A DNA stretch of 64,000 nucleotides, from assembly GCA_044892525.1 (NCBI GenBank), contig CM097885.1:237460001-237524000 (forward strand), written 5' to 3'. Position numbers and translations under genes: made by a program. The notes beneath the pieces are model-generated. The model worked only from the letters and a program-made list of their open reading frames with translations. It had not been told where the DNA came from and made no database searches. Source of the DNA: Schmidtea polychroa. Taxonomy: Eukaryota. Shown one piece after another: positions 35,773-58,794 of the stretch (position 1 is its first letter; each line of letters begins with the position of its first letter).

Positions 35773-38700
35773 CTATTTGGAACATCCTGGACAAAATATT
35801 TGATTACCTTTTCCAACAAAACTCAACCCAACAAGTGACTGATCACATGAGCTGCAAAAGAAACATTTATTGTGCCAATTTTCATTATTAGAAGTTATAA
35901 TTTCTTCTCCGTTTATACCTAAAATTTAAATCAATAAATTATAAATGAGAATAAATTCATTTTGAAAGCTATGGTTTAAAACAGGCCTTCTTAAACTATG
36001 GGTCGCGACCCCACATGGGGTCGCTTAGCATAATTCTGGGGTCGCGAGAGATTTTTAATGCCAAATATTTAAATACACGATTTTTTTTTAAATTAATGAC
36101 TATTTAATGTTTTTAACTCTAAAAATATTTTGTTTTCGAAAATTACTTTTCGATTAATTTATAATATATCAGAATAGTATAAAATTTATAGTATAAATTA
36201 ATGTACTACTTTTGTTTATTTATTAAAATTATATTAATTTTATTGAACTTCATTTAAAAGTAATATTTGTGAAATTTTCATGTGTTATTAAATTTAATGA
36301 CATTTTTAATGACAATTATTATATGCAATATGTTATTTTTATATATTTATTGGATTTTAGAATCAAAATAATTTTTGGCCATGGATAAATGGCTGAACTT
36401 AAATAAGAATGATAATGACGCAGATGATAATGCTACAAACTCTCCTCAGCAGGACAAAGTATTGAAAAACAGCCATTTAATGTGCGAAAAAGAAAATATG
36501 ATGAGTCCTTTCTTCAATTTGGCTTTACATTTCAAATTTGTAATGGTAATGAACAACCTCTTTGTTTGATCTGCAATGAATTATTGGCTGCGGAGAGTAT
36601 GAAACCATCAAAATTAAAAAGACATCTTGAATCAAAGCATGTTTCGTATGTCAATAAACCAAAAGAATATTTTGAAAGATTGTATAAATCTTTAAATAAA
36701 GAAAAAAAATTCTTTCAAAAATTTATGACCGTTAATGAAAAATATTTATTAGCGTCATATGAAATTTCATACTGTATTGCTAAAAAGAAAAAGCCGTTCA
36801 CCATTGGAGAAGATCTTATATTACCTGCTGCTATTAAAATGGTAGAAATACTACATGGAAGTAAATATGGCGATGATATTCGAAAAATTCCTTTGTCGAA
36901 CGACACTGTCGCGAATAGAATTTCTGATATTAACAAGGACCAATTAGTGCAACTTATTGCAAGAATTAAAGAAAGCCCAAAATTTTCAATTCAGTTGGAC
37001 GAAACAACGGATATTACTAAATTGGCTCAGTTGTTAGTATATGTCAGGTACGTTTATAAAAAAACGTGGAGGAAGAATTGTTATTTTCTCGTCCTATGAA
37101 AGATATATATTGTAAAGTTGACGAATTTTTAAAAACTGAAGGTTTAGAATGGAAAAATTGCTGTGGAATATGCACAGATGGTGCAAGAGCGATGACGGGC
37201 AAAAATATTGGTTTTAAATCATTTTTTCAAGCTGCTCCTAATGATCATATAACTTTTACTCACTGTCTTATTCACAGAGAGGACCTTGCATCAAAAAATT
37301 TAGCACCAGAGTTGAACGATGTGCTTCAGAATTAAAGATTATAAATTTTATTAAGAGCCATGCCCTTAACAGTCGCTTATTTTCAAATCTCTGCAAGGAT
37401 ACGGATTCCAACTACACAACTTTATTATTACATGCAGAAGTAAGATGGTTGTCAAGAGGTCAAAGTTTAAGAAGATTATTGTTATTAAAGGATGAAATCT
37501 AAATATTTTTAACCGAACGAAAATGTGAACTTGCTGCTTTTTTTCAAATGACTTATGGCTATCTAAGTTGTGTTATTTGTCAGATATCTTTGAGAAATTA
37601 AACGATCTCAACTTGTCTCTTCAAGGAAAAAATTGCGATATATTTACTTCTAATGATAAAATTGAAAGTTTTATTAAAAAGATCAACATTTGGAAAACTA
37701 GGGTAGAAAAGAATTCGTTCGAAATGTTTTCCAGTCTCGACAATTTTATAATCGAGAAAAATCATTGTAAAACTATTATCGCAATAATTATTGTAGATCA
37801 CTTAAAAACGCTAGAAACACAGTTCCGCACATATTTTATATTAAATATTGATTTCAAAAAGGTAGCTTGGATTCAAAAACAGTTCTGCCATTCAACACCA
37901 CATATTTATGTGAAGTTACTTTCTCAGCTTTAACACATTAAATCCCAATATCGTTCATCGCTAAAAAATGTTGAAGAGGCCTTACGTCCAGCAGTGTCAA
38001 ACATTCCACCAAGATTTAATTTGTTATGCAATAAAAAACAGGCACATCCATCTCATTAAATTTAATTTTAAATTTTTGTATGTTTCAAAACGAATTCTAA
38101 AACTATATTTTGTATTGTTACATAATAAATAAATCATCAAAATAATAATCAAAAAATACTTATTTATCTTTCTGTTATATTTATATGGGGTCGCTAGGAA
38201 ACTCGCAATCATAAATGGGGTCGTAAATGAAAAAAGTTTAAGAAGCCCTGGTTTAAAACCTTTTAGTAAACGACCAAAAATTTTGAAACAAATTTCTATC
38301 ACGCCCCAGCGTGTATAGATAGAAAAAAAATTTCATTGTTTTTTCATATTTTTATTAATTTCGTGAAAAATCTGCTACCTGTCAAAACTCACAAAATAAT
38401 TTCGTTCAAATTAGTCATTACTTACAAGGCGAAATTATTTCCGTAACTCAACCATGGCTGCATGTTTTCCTTTGATTAAACAACACCGAATTCAGGAAAT
38501 GTTTTTTTTCTTTAATAAAAGAATTTCACAGAATGAATCACTTTATAACCAATACACTGAATCAATCACTTCCCACACTCTGACATCCTAGGGTAAACTA
38601 CTCAAAATGCACTTCAAATGATTGATTCTTTGGGCAAAATAATGACTTCTCACAGAAGGCTTCCATAATTTATCTGATTTCTCTATAAATTCTCTTTAAT

Positions 38701-41700
38701 TTCTGGCTCTTCTCTAATTTTAAATTTCTCGCTATTTGTTCTCGACATTTTCCTCCTCTTGTCTAACTGCTTTCAAAAATCTGTGTAGATAAATTAATTA
38801 TTGATCAAATCCCAATATTTGAGCCGTTAATTATCGATTAAAATTAGCCGATCAACTGCTAGATAATGATCTAATAGTAAAAAATAGTTGCCGAGCTGTA
38901 AAGAGATTCTTATTTTCTAATTAAGCCTCGACCTAATAATAAACCACCATTGCGCTTGATCGATTGGCGATTATAAACAAATATTTTTTGAATAAGTGAT
39001 AAATCAATTTTTATTAATATAATCGTCTTTAACTTTTAATTTTCTGCTGCTCATATCTCTCCACAAAGTATTGATTTTTCAATTTAATTAATTTTTAACT
39101 AATTATACTCTTAATTTAAATCTTTGAGTTTAATCTGATCCAAGTTGAATTTTTCCACATTTGAATTTATTTGTGCATTTTTATGTAACCCCATCAAAAT
39201 AAATGCAACACGTTCCATAATAGCGCTAATAGGAACAATTTGTGTGTTAAATTTCGTTATCTTGAAAACGAAATTAACATGATAAAAATATAAAATAAAG
39301 ATTATGATAAAATGAAATCAGGATGGTCCGTTTAACACAAGAAAAATCCTATTTAAATCTATAATCTTGAAAAAAGCTAATAATTTAATGGCACGAAAAT
39401 TCAAATCGAAAAACATATAGCATACTTGATTTTGTTGATTATAGCAGCAAGTTATTTGCATATATTCAATGTTGTTAGAGTCATTCAAAAATTTTTATTC
39501 CACAGAACATTTAAAAGTTGTATAAAATATAGAAGTTGTTTTAAGTGCAGGGTTGTAAATTCAGTTTTAAGTTTTCTATTTAAAATTTACAAAATATGAT
39601 TTAGTAATGAGATCATTATGGAGTAATCAAGTGATTGGAAATCATTGGAGTAAATCCTTCCAATGGAAGCTAAGTAAGAATTGGTACTGAGTTGTTTTGG
39701 CAATCGAGCTTTTCTTTCTATTTATTCTTAACTAGATCATGAAGTAACAATATGTTATAAAGAAAGTTAACCATGGATGTAACCTGGCAAAATTTAAATC
39801 ATTTAGGGTCTCGACTCACAGTCAACAACTAGATTCATGAAAACAATTGCAATTCACAAATCACAACAGTACAAAGCAGTAGAGCAATACACACATTATT
39901 TTTTTCCTGGAACGTGCTTCAGAATATTATTTTTATGGAATCTAACATTTTCTGTGAGAATTTTTAATTAATATTTAAAAAACATTTTTGAATCAATCAA
40001 AAATCACTCGCAATCCAGAAGTTAGGAACCACTTATTTAAGCATCTATAACTATATGTAACTTAATTCAATTATTAGAAATAAAATTTTTAAATAGGTTT
40101 TTTATATTGTATTGATTGTTGTATTAAATTAAATAATTAATAAAAATTTTTTAAATTATTAAATTAAATTTTAAATGTTAAAATTTAAAAAAAAATAATA
40201 TATTATAAAAATAATTATTGTTTTTATAAAATAAACAAATTTTTATATATAATTAATAAATTTGTTTAAAATCCTTAATTTAGTGAGTTATTATATCCCA
40301 CCTGATGATGACAGGAAAACTGTCGAAATTAATCGTGAAAAGAATGTTTGATTGGCGTTATCTTATAATTAAATCATTGCCATGTATGTTTAACTATTTA
40401 TTAGAAATACATTTTATAATATTTTTATATGCTATGTATAATTTATTCTAAAGATAAGTTTTGAAATTTTAGTTAATATATTTAATCTATTTTTTTAACG
40501 ACTCATATTTTATCTAAAATTTTATGACCATATAGAATAAATATATAAAATATATATTTATTTAAAACTGTTGTGTACATTTTTTTAAATCGACAGTAAT
40601 TATCTTTTTGCAATTTTTTTCCCTATTAGTGCAGTTGTTTAATTTACTCGCTATTTATTAGTAATAATAACATTTCTATAGTATGTTATAAATGAATATT
40701 TTAGTTAATACAAACAGAAATAAATTAATAAAAATAATTGAACAAAGAAAATGAAATATGTTAAATTAATTGTTATTTAATAAGGTTGTAGTTAAAAATT
40801 GTCAGTTTTTCTATTTATAATTACTGAACAAATAACAAATTCATACAAACCCCATTACGCAAGTATATCTTATACTAGAAATATAGATAAGCAATTTTTA
40901 ATAATATTTCTAATTTATTTTTCAAATAACCTTTGGTTGTGTTCTGTTATCGGTCATACAAATGTGCTCAATAAGATTCATTTTCTATCGTAATGAAAAC
41001 TTTTAACTTTCTGTATAATATTACATTTTTTGCTCCACACATCAAAGTGAATTTCTTTTAGTGATTCACATTTCAAAATCTATTAATTTAACACTTTATG
41101 TCTATATTTAAATTGTAAATTCATAGTTTTAAGTTTTCAATTGAAAATTTACAACTTATGATTTATTAATGATATGTAAGTATAGTGTAATTGAGATGGT
41201 CACATAAGTGATTAGAGATTAGAAAATAGAGATTTTTGATTTAAAAACGTTAATTTAATTTTAATGGGTAATCGAATATACAAAATATATATATAAAAAT
41301 ATGGTACTTCCGTGTTATCTTACCCCCAAAAATTAAATTATAAAATACAATTAAAATAACAATATAAAAAATGAGAGAATACATTATTGATGACGTTATT
41401 GAACATGAATTTATTAAGGCTATCTGTGATTTATGTGATTATGTGAGTTTCAGTGGCGTAAACGTGTTCTAAGCAACAGTGTGGATGTGTTCGACACTAT
41501 TCTCAACAACATTGTGGTTTTCTGGCCACCTGGATGACCATTTACAAACTCTTTACAAACGTTTGCTGAGTTTGTAACTGTGATTTAGAAAATAAATATA
41601 ATAATTATATGTGTTCTTTTTTAATTTAATTTTTGGGGGTAAGATAACACGGAAGTACCAAAACTATTTTTAATTCAATAGTTAAGAAATTTTCGACTAA

Positions 41701-42850
41701 ATTTAGAATTTTTAAAGAATCAATAGATACAATCAATTAAACAGTTAAATTTATTTAAATAATCATGCCCTCGAAAGCAGTACCATTTTTGAATGAATTG
41801 TATCAATTCACATACATAGACAATAAATAATGTTTTATTAGAAACTTTGACTAAAAATGCTTTAATTAACTTTTATTGTTATAATTACTATAAATTTAAT
41901 AACTTATAACATCACCTATATAAATAAGTCATGAAATCACTCAGGACATATCCAACTTCAATTTCAATCGAATATAATAATGACAAAAAGCAATATTGCA
42001 ACAAATGAACCAAGGTTTGAATTATATTATAAATCCTGTTAAGATTAAAAAATTGTAATTGAAATTTATCGATTCAAATATTTTTCAAATAAAGTCATTA
42101 ATAAAAAGCAATTTACTGTGAATTATTAATCATTTTGGGCATACCTGTAATATATTCATTGCATCTGACACAAACTTTACAGAATTTCTCATTGTAACAA
42201 TTATCGCAGTAAATAAAATCATTTTTATATAGAAATCTTGTTTCTGATAATTTTATTTCACATACATTGCATACAAAGCATTCCGAATGGAATGTAGTAT
42301 CTCTAAATTTTATATAATTTTTCCAAATTCTCTATAAACACTTTCAAAAAATGAATACTCAATAAACACATACCTCTTGACATTTTTCACAATTTTCTGT
42401 AAATAATTCACCATAACAATTTTTACAATAACTCAACTTGTCATGCAACCAAAACGAATTTGGACTTAAAACATCCCGACAGTTTTGACATTGAAAACAC
42501 TTTCTATGCCAAACTAAATCTCCAAGTTTGAACTTTTCATCCCCGAGTTTAATTAAATCTTGACATGTGCTACAGACAACTCCAAATTTGTCATCGTAAC
42601 ATTTACAACAAATGATTTCATTATTTTCCAAAGTAAATAATATATTTTCCATATTTTCGAAACATATTGAACATAAAAAACAATTATTGTGCCAAATTAA
42701 TCCTTCAAATGATGCGTGCTAGAATCAAGTTATTAAATAAAAATTATTTAAAAGAATATTAAATAAAAATAAACCAAATTTTCTTACTTTGTCATGGAGA
42801 TCTATTGAATTTTCACATTTATTACATAAAATCTCATCGGATTTATCCAT
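35773..42850 (-). CDS. LIM-only protein with 4 LIM domains (FHL/Limpet-like), 4 exons, about 246 aa
   Basis: Exons 42850-42788, 42718-42374, 42331-42145 and 35918-35773, in frame (741 nt). Four C-x2-C...W/FH-x2-CF-x-C-x2-C...C-x2-C motifs; the last exon completes LIM4 (GINGEEII...NWHNKCFFCSSCDQSLVG...IFCPGCSK*). Confidence 0.87.
35982..38250 (+). mobile_element. Full-span Buster-type hAT transposon (ZBED5/TcBuster-like) with disrupted transposase 36381-38059
   Basis: TIRs CAGGCCTTCTTAAACT / CAGGGCTTCTTAAACT; perfect 8-bp TSD GTTTAAAA; GGGGTCGC subterminal repeats. BED finger (PLCLICNE..AESMKPSKLKRHLESKH), FSIQLDETTD, GICTDGARAM, HCLIHRE, AEVRWLSRG. Several frameshifts and stops. Confidence 0.93.
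40299..40337 (+). ncRNA. Minimal type I hammerhead ribozyme motif (Penelope-element type)
   Basis: CAC-CTGATGA-T-GACAG-GAAAA-CTGTC-GAAA-TTAA-TC-GTG: helix I CAC/GTG, perfect 5-bp helix II, palindromic helix III (ATTAAT), and an AUC cleavage triplet with predicted cleavage after 40334. Confidence 0.75.
41303..41659 (+). mobile_element. Merlin non-autonomous element, copy 2 (opposite orientation to copy 1)
   Basis: Same GGTACTTCCGTGTTATCTTACCCC TIRs; 8-bp TSD AAAAATAT/AAAACTAT (one mismatch). Internal sequence is nearly identical to the reverse complement of 31446-31785. Confidence 0.82.
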
Positions 42851-43042
42851 CAAAAAATAAACATAATTTTAGAGACACCAAAAATATATGAAATAAATCA
42901 ACCAATTAAAACGCGTCAAAAATATAGAGAAATTTATTTCCTCATATCGATTGATTTATCAAAAAATAATATACAAAATATAAAAAATATATAAAATATA
43001 AAATCCAAAACTAAAACTTAAAATTTATTTGAAACACATTAA

Positions 43043-52069
<9,027 letters not shown>

Positions 52070-52524
52070 TAATACTTTATATTTGAAATTACTTTGCTAT
52101 TTAAACAAATATTTAAATAATTTGAAACTAATAATCATCAAATAAATAAGAAAACTTAATTTAATCAAACGACAAATAGCTTAAATCTTATATTAAAAAT
52201 TGCACTCTAAAACTTTAACTTTTATGTTAATACAACATTAATTATACACATCAAATTGAGCACATTATGGGTTTTACAAAAATGCTTTAACATTCATACT
52301 GGACGAGTATGAAATATGATTTGCAATTCCACGACATTACTCGACATTATCAAAGTTTTTAAAAACAATTTCTTTGTTTATTAGAACATGAAGTGTCAAA
52401 AATAATTGACTATAAATATTAAAAACTGGATTTGGCTGCTCACCATATAAATGAATAGTGTAAACGAAAAAGATAACAAATCTTCCATCACCACAAAATA
52501 TTGAATAATATTTATTCCCCGAGA

Positions 52525-54138
52525 TTAATCTATTAATAAACAATGTGACATATGCCTTTGGAAATATTGTTTGACTCTTTCGCTGCTTCCTTTGCAATGT
52601 GTTATTTCTATTTTTTTCAGATTCGGATGTCTGATTAAACTACATATTCCTTCTTCAGTGAATCTTTTGCAACCTGATTAAAATAAAATTAATTTCTATA
52701 ATAGAGTAGTTAATATTTTACCTGCTATACTTAAATACCGTAAATTAGACATACTCAATAGAAATGTCAATGATAAATCTGTGATTCCTCCACACCACCT
52801 TAGACTTAGCTTTGTCAAATTTGGCATTGTTGATAAATAGTTAACTCCATTATCAGTTATCGCTGGACACCTGAATGATGTATATTTATATATGAAAGCA
52901 TGCTTCAATTATGAATATATTTACCGATCCAGTATTAATTCTTCCAATAAGGTTAAATCACAAGCAACACATTCCAATCCAGAATCTGTTAATTTCGGAC
53001 ACCAACTAATATTCAAAACAACTAACTGTTTCATACTTTCACATATAACATCGAGACCATCGTCGGTTAACTTACTTAATCCAGATAAACTGAGATTTGT
53101 AATATTAGGCAAGGAATGTGCTACATTAACTACTCCTTGGTTAGTAATATCCATACATTGGACTATTTGCAATGTTTTCAAATTGGTTAAATGTCTTGTA
53201 TTAAAGTATGTTAAAGCCATATCCGTAACATGATAGGCTTGTAAATTGAATTCTGTTAAATTTGGTAATAATTGAGTTACTGCGCCCAGGCTTTCATCAC
53301 TGATGTTAATACAGTCCCATAGAGTTAAGACAGTAATATTAGGAACTAACGCAGACCACAGACACACTTCTGATAAATCATTACAGCAAAATATTTCTAA
53401 ATTATTCAAATTTTCAAAGGTTTCTGTAACTTTTTGCAACATCCTATCAGTGATGCTGCTACATCGTATACTTACATGAGTTATAAAACTTTCCACCTCT
53501 GATTTATTTATTTCATCGAAAAATGTTGAGATATGACGATCAGACGCGTGCTCTAATACAAAATATGTAATCTTTCGATTTTGAATGGTGTGACATATAT
53601 CTCTAAATTTCTCAATTAAATCTTCTTCGGGATAAATCTTTAAATTAATGACTAATTTAATTCTATCCCAAAACCTTTTAGAATAAATAATTGAATTCCA
53701 ACAGCGACATACCAAGCTAAAGGTACATAAATCTTTCACACTGAAATAAGTAAAAAATATTAACAGAAAATCTTTTGACAGCCATAGTTTTGAATCTTGA
53801 GAAAGAGATCGCTTTGCAAAGTGTTCTCTTGCATAATCTTTATATCTAGTTTTCTTTTTTTTCTTTGGGGATATTTCAATTTTTAGACCTTGATTAAAAA
53901 GTCTTTGTTTGATTGCCGCAACCGTTGTGCCACGACTTATAGTAGGGGAACCCTTTGGTGACACTGGACTACTATTATTAGATATAACTTGGGAATTAAT
54001 CAAATTCATTTGGTTGTTATTAGACGATTCGGCTTTGTTGATATTTATTGGTGAAGAAGGTTGAGAATTTGACTTGGAAAATCGAAAATTTCTTATGTTG
54101 TTGGATAAATCTACACAAGCTTTAGCGAAAGATGACAT
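52525..54138 (-). CDS. FBXL16: F-box/LRR-repeat protein 16, 3 exons, about 503 aa
   Basis: Exons 54138-52925, 52870-52722 and 52673-52525, in frame. F-box (LWLSKDFLLIFFTYFSVKDLCTFSLVCRCW..I.Y..FW) followed by Cys-containing LRRs (LQAYHVTD.ALTYF, DISWCPKLTDSGLECVACDL..LEELILDRC, LSLRWC). The C-terminus resembles FBXL16. Confidence 0.88.
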
Positions 54139-56511
54139 CTCCAGTTAAATCCAAATATAAATATCACAAATATTTTATCATAAATCGAACGCGATAAACG
54201 TTAAAACATAAATCTTGAGAATATAGATACTGGAAATTTTTTAGCTCTACATTTCATACATTACATAATACATATCTTGTACACTTGGTAACAAATACAG
54301 TTCATTCTTTCTTGTATTGGCTTTTTGTTGTTCAATCCATTAACACATCTGCTTTAACACACGTCTCTCATTCACTCTCACTCTCAGAATGATTTTCTGT
54401 AATAGAAATTTGTAGAATTTGTAGAAAATAAAGTTAGAAAAAACTGATGATCATAAATTATGTAGAAATGGGAACTGAAGCACTGATGCCTGTCAGACAC
54501 ACAGACACACAGACACACATTTTCTCATCAACTGAAACCTGTGTGCATCGTTCTACCACTTTTAGACAACTTTGAGTTATGCTAGTGAACAAAGGAATAT
54601 TTTCGCAGAATTTCGCAGTAAAATTCTAAAATACCTAACTCGAGAAACTGCGATACTGATAAGTAAAATATGTTGAGTTTTGGTAATGAGAAAATTTATT
54701 AAACCAGTTTTATAGAAAAAGAAAATAATTATTTAATAAAATATGATGTAAATATTGATCTTGAAGGAAAATCTGGGAAAGTTTTATGCTGTCGATTAAA
54801 TTGAGATTAAAAAAAAATTTTCTAAAATGTTATGTAGACTTAGCAGTGTGAGGTAAAATTTCAATGTAATAATTGATAAGCATTAAATAATTAGAATAAT
54901 AAAATAAAATAAGATATTTTAGAATCATTTTTTAATTTTATCAATTTAAAAAGATTTTGGAATAATAAAATATATGTTGTAAGCATGTTGTAGTTTAATA
55001 AAATTAATTTTACGGATTAAAACGAAAATCACAAAATGGTTTATAAGTTTAATTGCGACAAAGGGTTTTTAAAGACTGGACCAATGTGTTGGGGTACACA
55101 GAGATATGATGCATATAAAAGAGACAATATTCCACCTGTTTTTTAAAGTAAAATCAGAACACATTGGGAATTTATATCTGAATTATTTTTCATTTTTTAC
55201 TAAACTCCTCTGAATATATTAACACAAACCCCTATGATTAAAAGAAATTCATGCGAGTCGCTTAGAACCGACTGGCTGAAAAAAGGTCTCATTTACTACC
55301 ATCCCAACTCTGTGCCTAATGACGTTTATCGATGTGAAAAAGATGTTGCATATTAAACTTCACTCATAAAGGTCAATGCTTCACAAACTGAAATCTTATC
55401 TTCTTTTGCACATACTCATAATTCGTTAGACTTACTTTTCGATCATTGGAAAACGAACGTTTTCTTACTATCCCTGGATATATCGTCATATTTTGTTTGA
55501 GCTCAACACATTTTCATATCTTTGATAATTATAAAATATTTACAGATAGGGACGGTTACTAGTTCATGTAAAATTTATTAGACTTAAAAATAACAAAGAC
55601 TATTTAGCGTAGAGTGGGTAATTATTCGTTGTCATACATTAAAGCAGGGGTACTTCGCGAGAATGTTTCAAGTACTCTGGTAAATATGAAACATTAGCTA
55701 TTATAAATGATATCTTCTTATTTTATGTTTTTTGTATCCTGTATAAATCAAAGCAATGTTCACACACAATTTATTGTTAAATCAAATTATTTTTATGATT
55801 TTAGTGCTCTGCAAATTTTTCTTACAATCAAAAGTGCACTGTAACTTCAAAAAAGTTCATTTAGTTTAGCTGTAATTAGAAATAGAAAAATAGTAGCTTT
55901 AACGAAATAGTAGCTTTAATGAAGACAAAATCAACCATTTTAAATGTTGTAAGAAACATTTAAGTTGTATTTTTACAAGAAAATTTCATGGAAATTAATG
56001 TAATTCCATAAATTAGACCTTATAAAAGTAAAATTTGCTTTCTTGTCAGTAGATTAAACAAGGGTATTTTCTTTCATTGCGGTTATAATAAAAACGGCTG
56101 TTAGATGACAGGGGTCGGCTTATTAAAGAATTCGATCCTACAAAATTCTATCGGACAGGCCAAAACAAGTACCGGGAGTAATTCGTAATCTCAACGTATG
56201 ATAATTTGCAATCTCAATGTACGACAATTCTTAATGACAATTCATTCGGCATGGAAAATTCGTGATTTACAATTTATAATAACCGTTTTGTTTTATTAAT
56301 GTGCAATATTTTATTTTTTTATAATCATTTTGTTTTATTTTTATTCGGTGTGTACATGTAGCCTTAAATATATATCGGGGGAAAATATAATTTATTGTTA
56401 ATTATTGATTGGAAAAAATAAAATCATAAAAAGAAAACCGCTGGGAAATCTTCAATAATTTAGTAGTAATTCATAATAATAAAAATAAAAATCTAATAAT
56501 AATTAATAGCC

Positions 56512-56760
56512 CAGTGGTGGCCAACCCAAATCAATCGAAGGGCCACATTTTCGGAAAAATACTATCACGGGGCACAATAAATTCATTTAAATAAATATAA
56601 CTCGTTTTTACGATTCAAGTAAACTTAGAATCAATTTTTTAAATTAAAAACATGCTTAATTCGAATATGAATTCTAAAAAAGACAATTATTGATTTGATG
56701 TTTAAAATTGTGTCTGGGCCACATCAAAACACTTCGCGGGCCACCAGTTGGCCATGGCTG
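56512..56760. mobile_element. hAT-derived MITE (249 bp)
   Basis: TIRs CAGTGGTGGCCAAC / CAGCCATGGCCAAC; perfect 8-bp TSD TAATAGCC; GGGCCAC subterminal motifs. Confidence 0.85.
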
Positions 56761-57187
56761 TAATAGCCCTTAAAATATCATAATCTTTAAGAAATTAATG
56801 ATCATTAAAATAAAATTAATTTAATTATTATAATAACAGATTCCTGAAAATTTATATAAATAGCGGTGTAAACTCATTATTAGTCGCTCAAATATCAATC
56901 CGTATTACTCATTAGTCTAAAGAGGTTAATCCTTCTTGACTTTAATATACGACAGATACAACAAAAAAGTCGAAAAAGAGCACACAACACACCACGAAAA
57001 GATACAACATTCACACAATACATAACACGCATCTTTTATATTGAAATTTGCAGAGACGATTGAGTGTGATTCAACACAAAAGTGTTTCCGATTTTATTGG
57101 TAAATATTTCTTTATAAATAAATTTTTGAAACAAACATATTCTTGTTGTACTATATATAGGAACCCGCCAGGTTGAGAATCTCAATA

Positions 57188-57435
57188 CACTCATACCTCG
57201 CTATACGGCTGCTCTTTATACGGCTTTTCGCTATAACGGCCTACTTTAATTACGGCACTTTTTCGATTTACGGCCTAAAATGTTTCGTTATACGGCCAAA
57301 AAAAGTGATTAACTGTTATGTAGAACTGCCAAAAGAAGCAAGAACCAATGCAAGATATATGATTCGTTATGCGGCGTTTCGCTTTGCGGCCAACTTTCCT
57401 GGAACATATCTAGGCCGTAAAGCGAGGTATGAGTG
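57188..57435. mobile_element. pogo/Tigger-type (Tc1-mariner) MITE (248 bp)
   Basis: TIRs CACTCATACCTCGCT(A/T)TACGGC; TA flanks on both sides; internal TACGGC repeats. The ORF 57173-57595 overlapping it is not a credible gene. Confidence 0.82.
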
Positions 57436-58794
57436 TAATCGAGATTTCAACACGGCGATATATGTGTATGTTGACACTATAAATAAAGACGACTATTTTC
57501 TTGTCTTTAAGAGGAGAATTCCTTGCAAATTTGACATAAAATTAATTCCAAGTGACAAAATGACAAAAATGAAGCTTTTGAACTCCGATCTCTAATATAA
57601 TATTTTAAGTTAAAATGAATGTCATAAATAGGACTGAGGGCCAAGATTCACCTCAACACTTTACCCTAGACCGGATGTGATGATGATCCATATGAGCACT
57701 TGTAAACTGATCTATCAATAAAGTAAATCCAAAAATGATAATCTCTGCTACTAATCAATTATTTATCTTATATAAAAATGATATTACTAGAATAATAAAA
57801 ATCTTCTGAATTCCCTTACAAATATTTCTGACAAACCTCTGGGATAAATTAAGTCATACAGAAATTTTCGGATTTCATACAAAAACAGATAAACACTAAA
57901 TTAAAATATTACAGAATCAGGGAGAACGATTAAGACGGACACAATTTTAAAAATATTTATTTTATGAAAAAGTTCTAAATTATAATTTTTAGCATTTTTA
58001 ATTTTTTTTATTCCTAACAATAAGTTTTATAAATTTTATAAATAAACATAAATATGCAATGTATATATAATGCTAAACACAAAAATAATGTATTTCAATG
58101 TGTTGAATTGTTATTAATTGTTTGTCAGGATAATACTGTAAATCTAATTCTACGTGTTTTCGATCAGTCTGATAACTCAACACAAATAAATTTTATTAAT
58201 ATCACAGTTCATAATTATTTCCCCATTACAATTTGACTTGACCTAATGGTAGATAATCCAATATTAAGCCACCTTAAACACTATTATCTAAAAAAACCTG
58301 ATTCACTAAAATACTTTAGTTTTTTCTCTTTCCTTCTTAATAGACACTTTAAATTTAAATAATTTATTCCCTTTGGTTTTTACCAGGACCATTTATTACA
58401 GCTTGACTAAGTTGAAAGCTCCTTTTATATAGAACTCTCCATTACAATCCCAAAATTAAATATCTTCAGGGCATTGAATTATTTTGCCTTTGCTTGACAG
58501 GCTAACATTTTGCCTGTCAAGTTCATGGAGTTTGTGTTAAATGCCTCAATTGTTCTGCATATAATTTTGTGTTTACACCCCCAATATTATATAATTCCAG
58601 CAAATGTAATACTGCAATTCACAATCTATGAAGGTTTGACCAATTTAACCAAATATTAGAAAGAATCAACAAAGTAAATAAAAAACTTCATATACCTGTA
58701 TTAGATGTATCCCATAGATCACATTAAATCTTTAATAATAATATTATTCAAAAGAGAACTATTTGAATTAATAAAATTTAATCATAATCTAACT

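Noticed and set aside
38560-38790. Possible CR1/L2 RT C-terminal remnant (RSHYFAQRI…LP)
   Set aside because: Weak similarity over a short stop-containing stretch.
42022-42035. TAA at 42022-42024 as the main end of the LIM gene
   Set aside because: It would truncate LIM4, and an in-phase exon that completes the domain exists at 35918-35773.
52892-53233. Antisense ORFs overlapping real genes or transposons (e.g. 52892-53233, 48717-48947, 19442-19666, 8181-8369, 36715-36936)
   Set aside because: They are shadow frames of well-supported coding sequence on the opposite strand.
54443-54475. CTGATGA…GAAA as a third hammerhead
   Set aside because: There is no helix III/UH site or helix I partner after GAAA, and the helix II closure is non-canonical.
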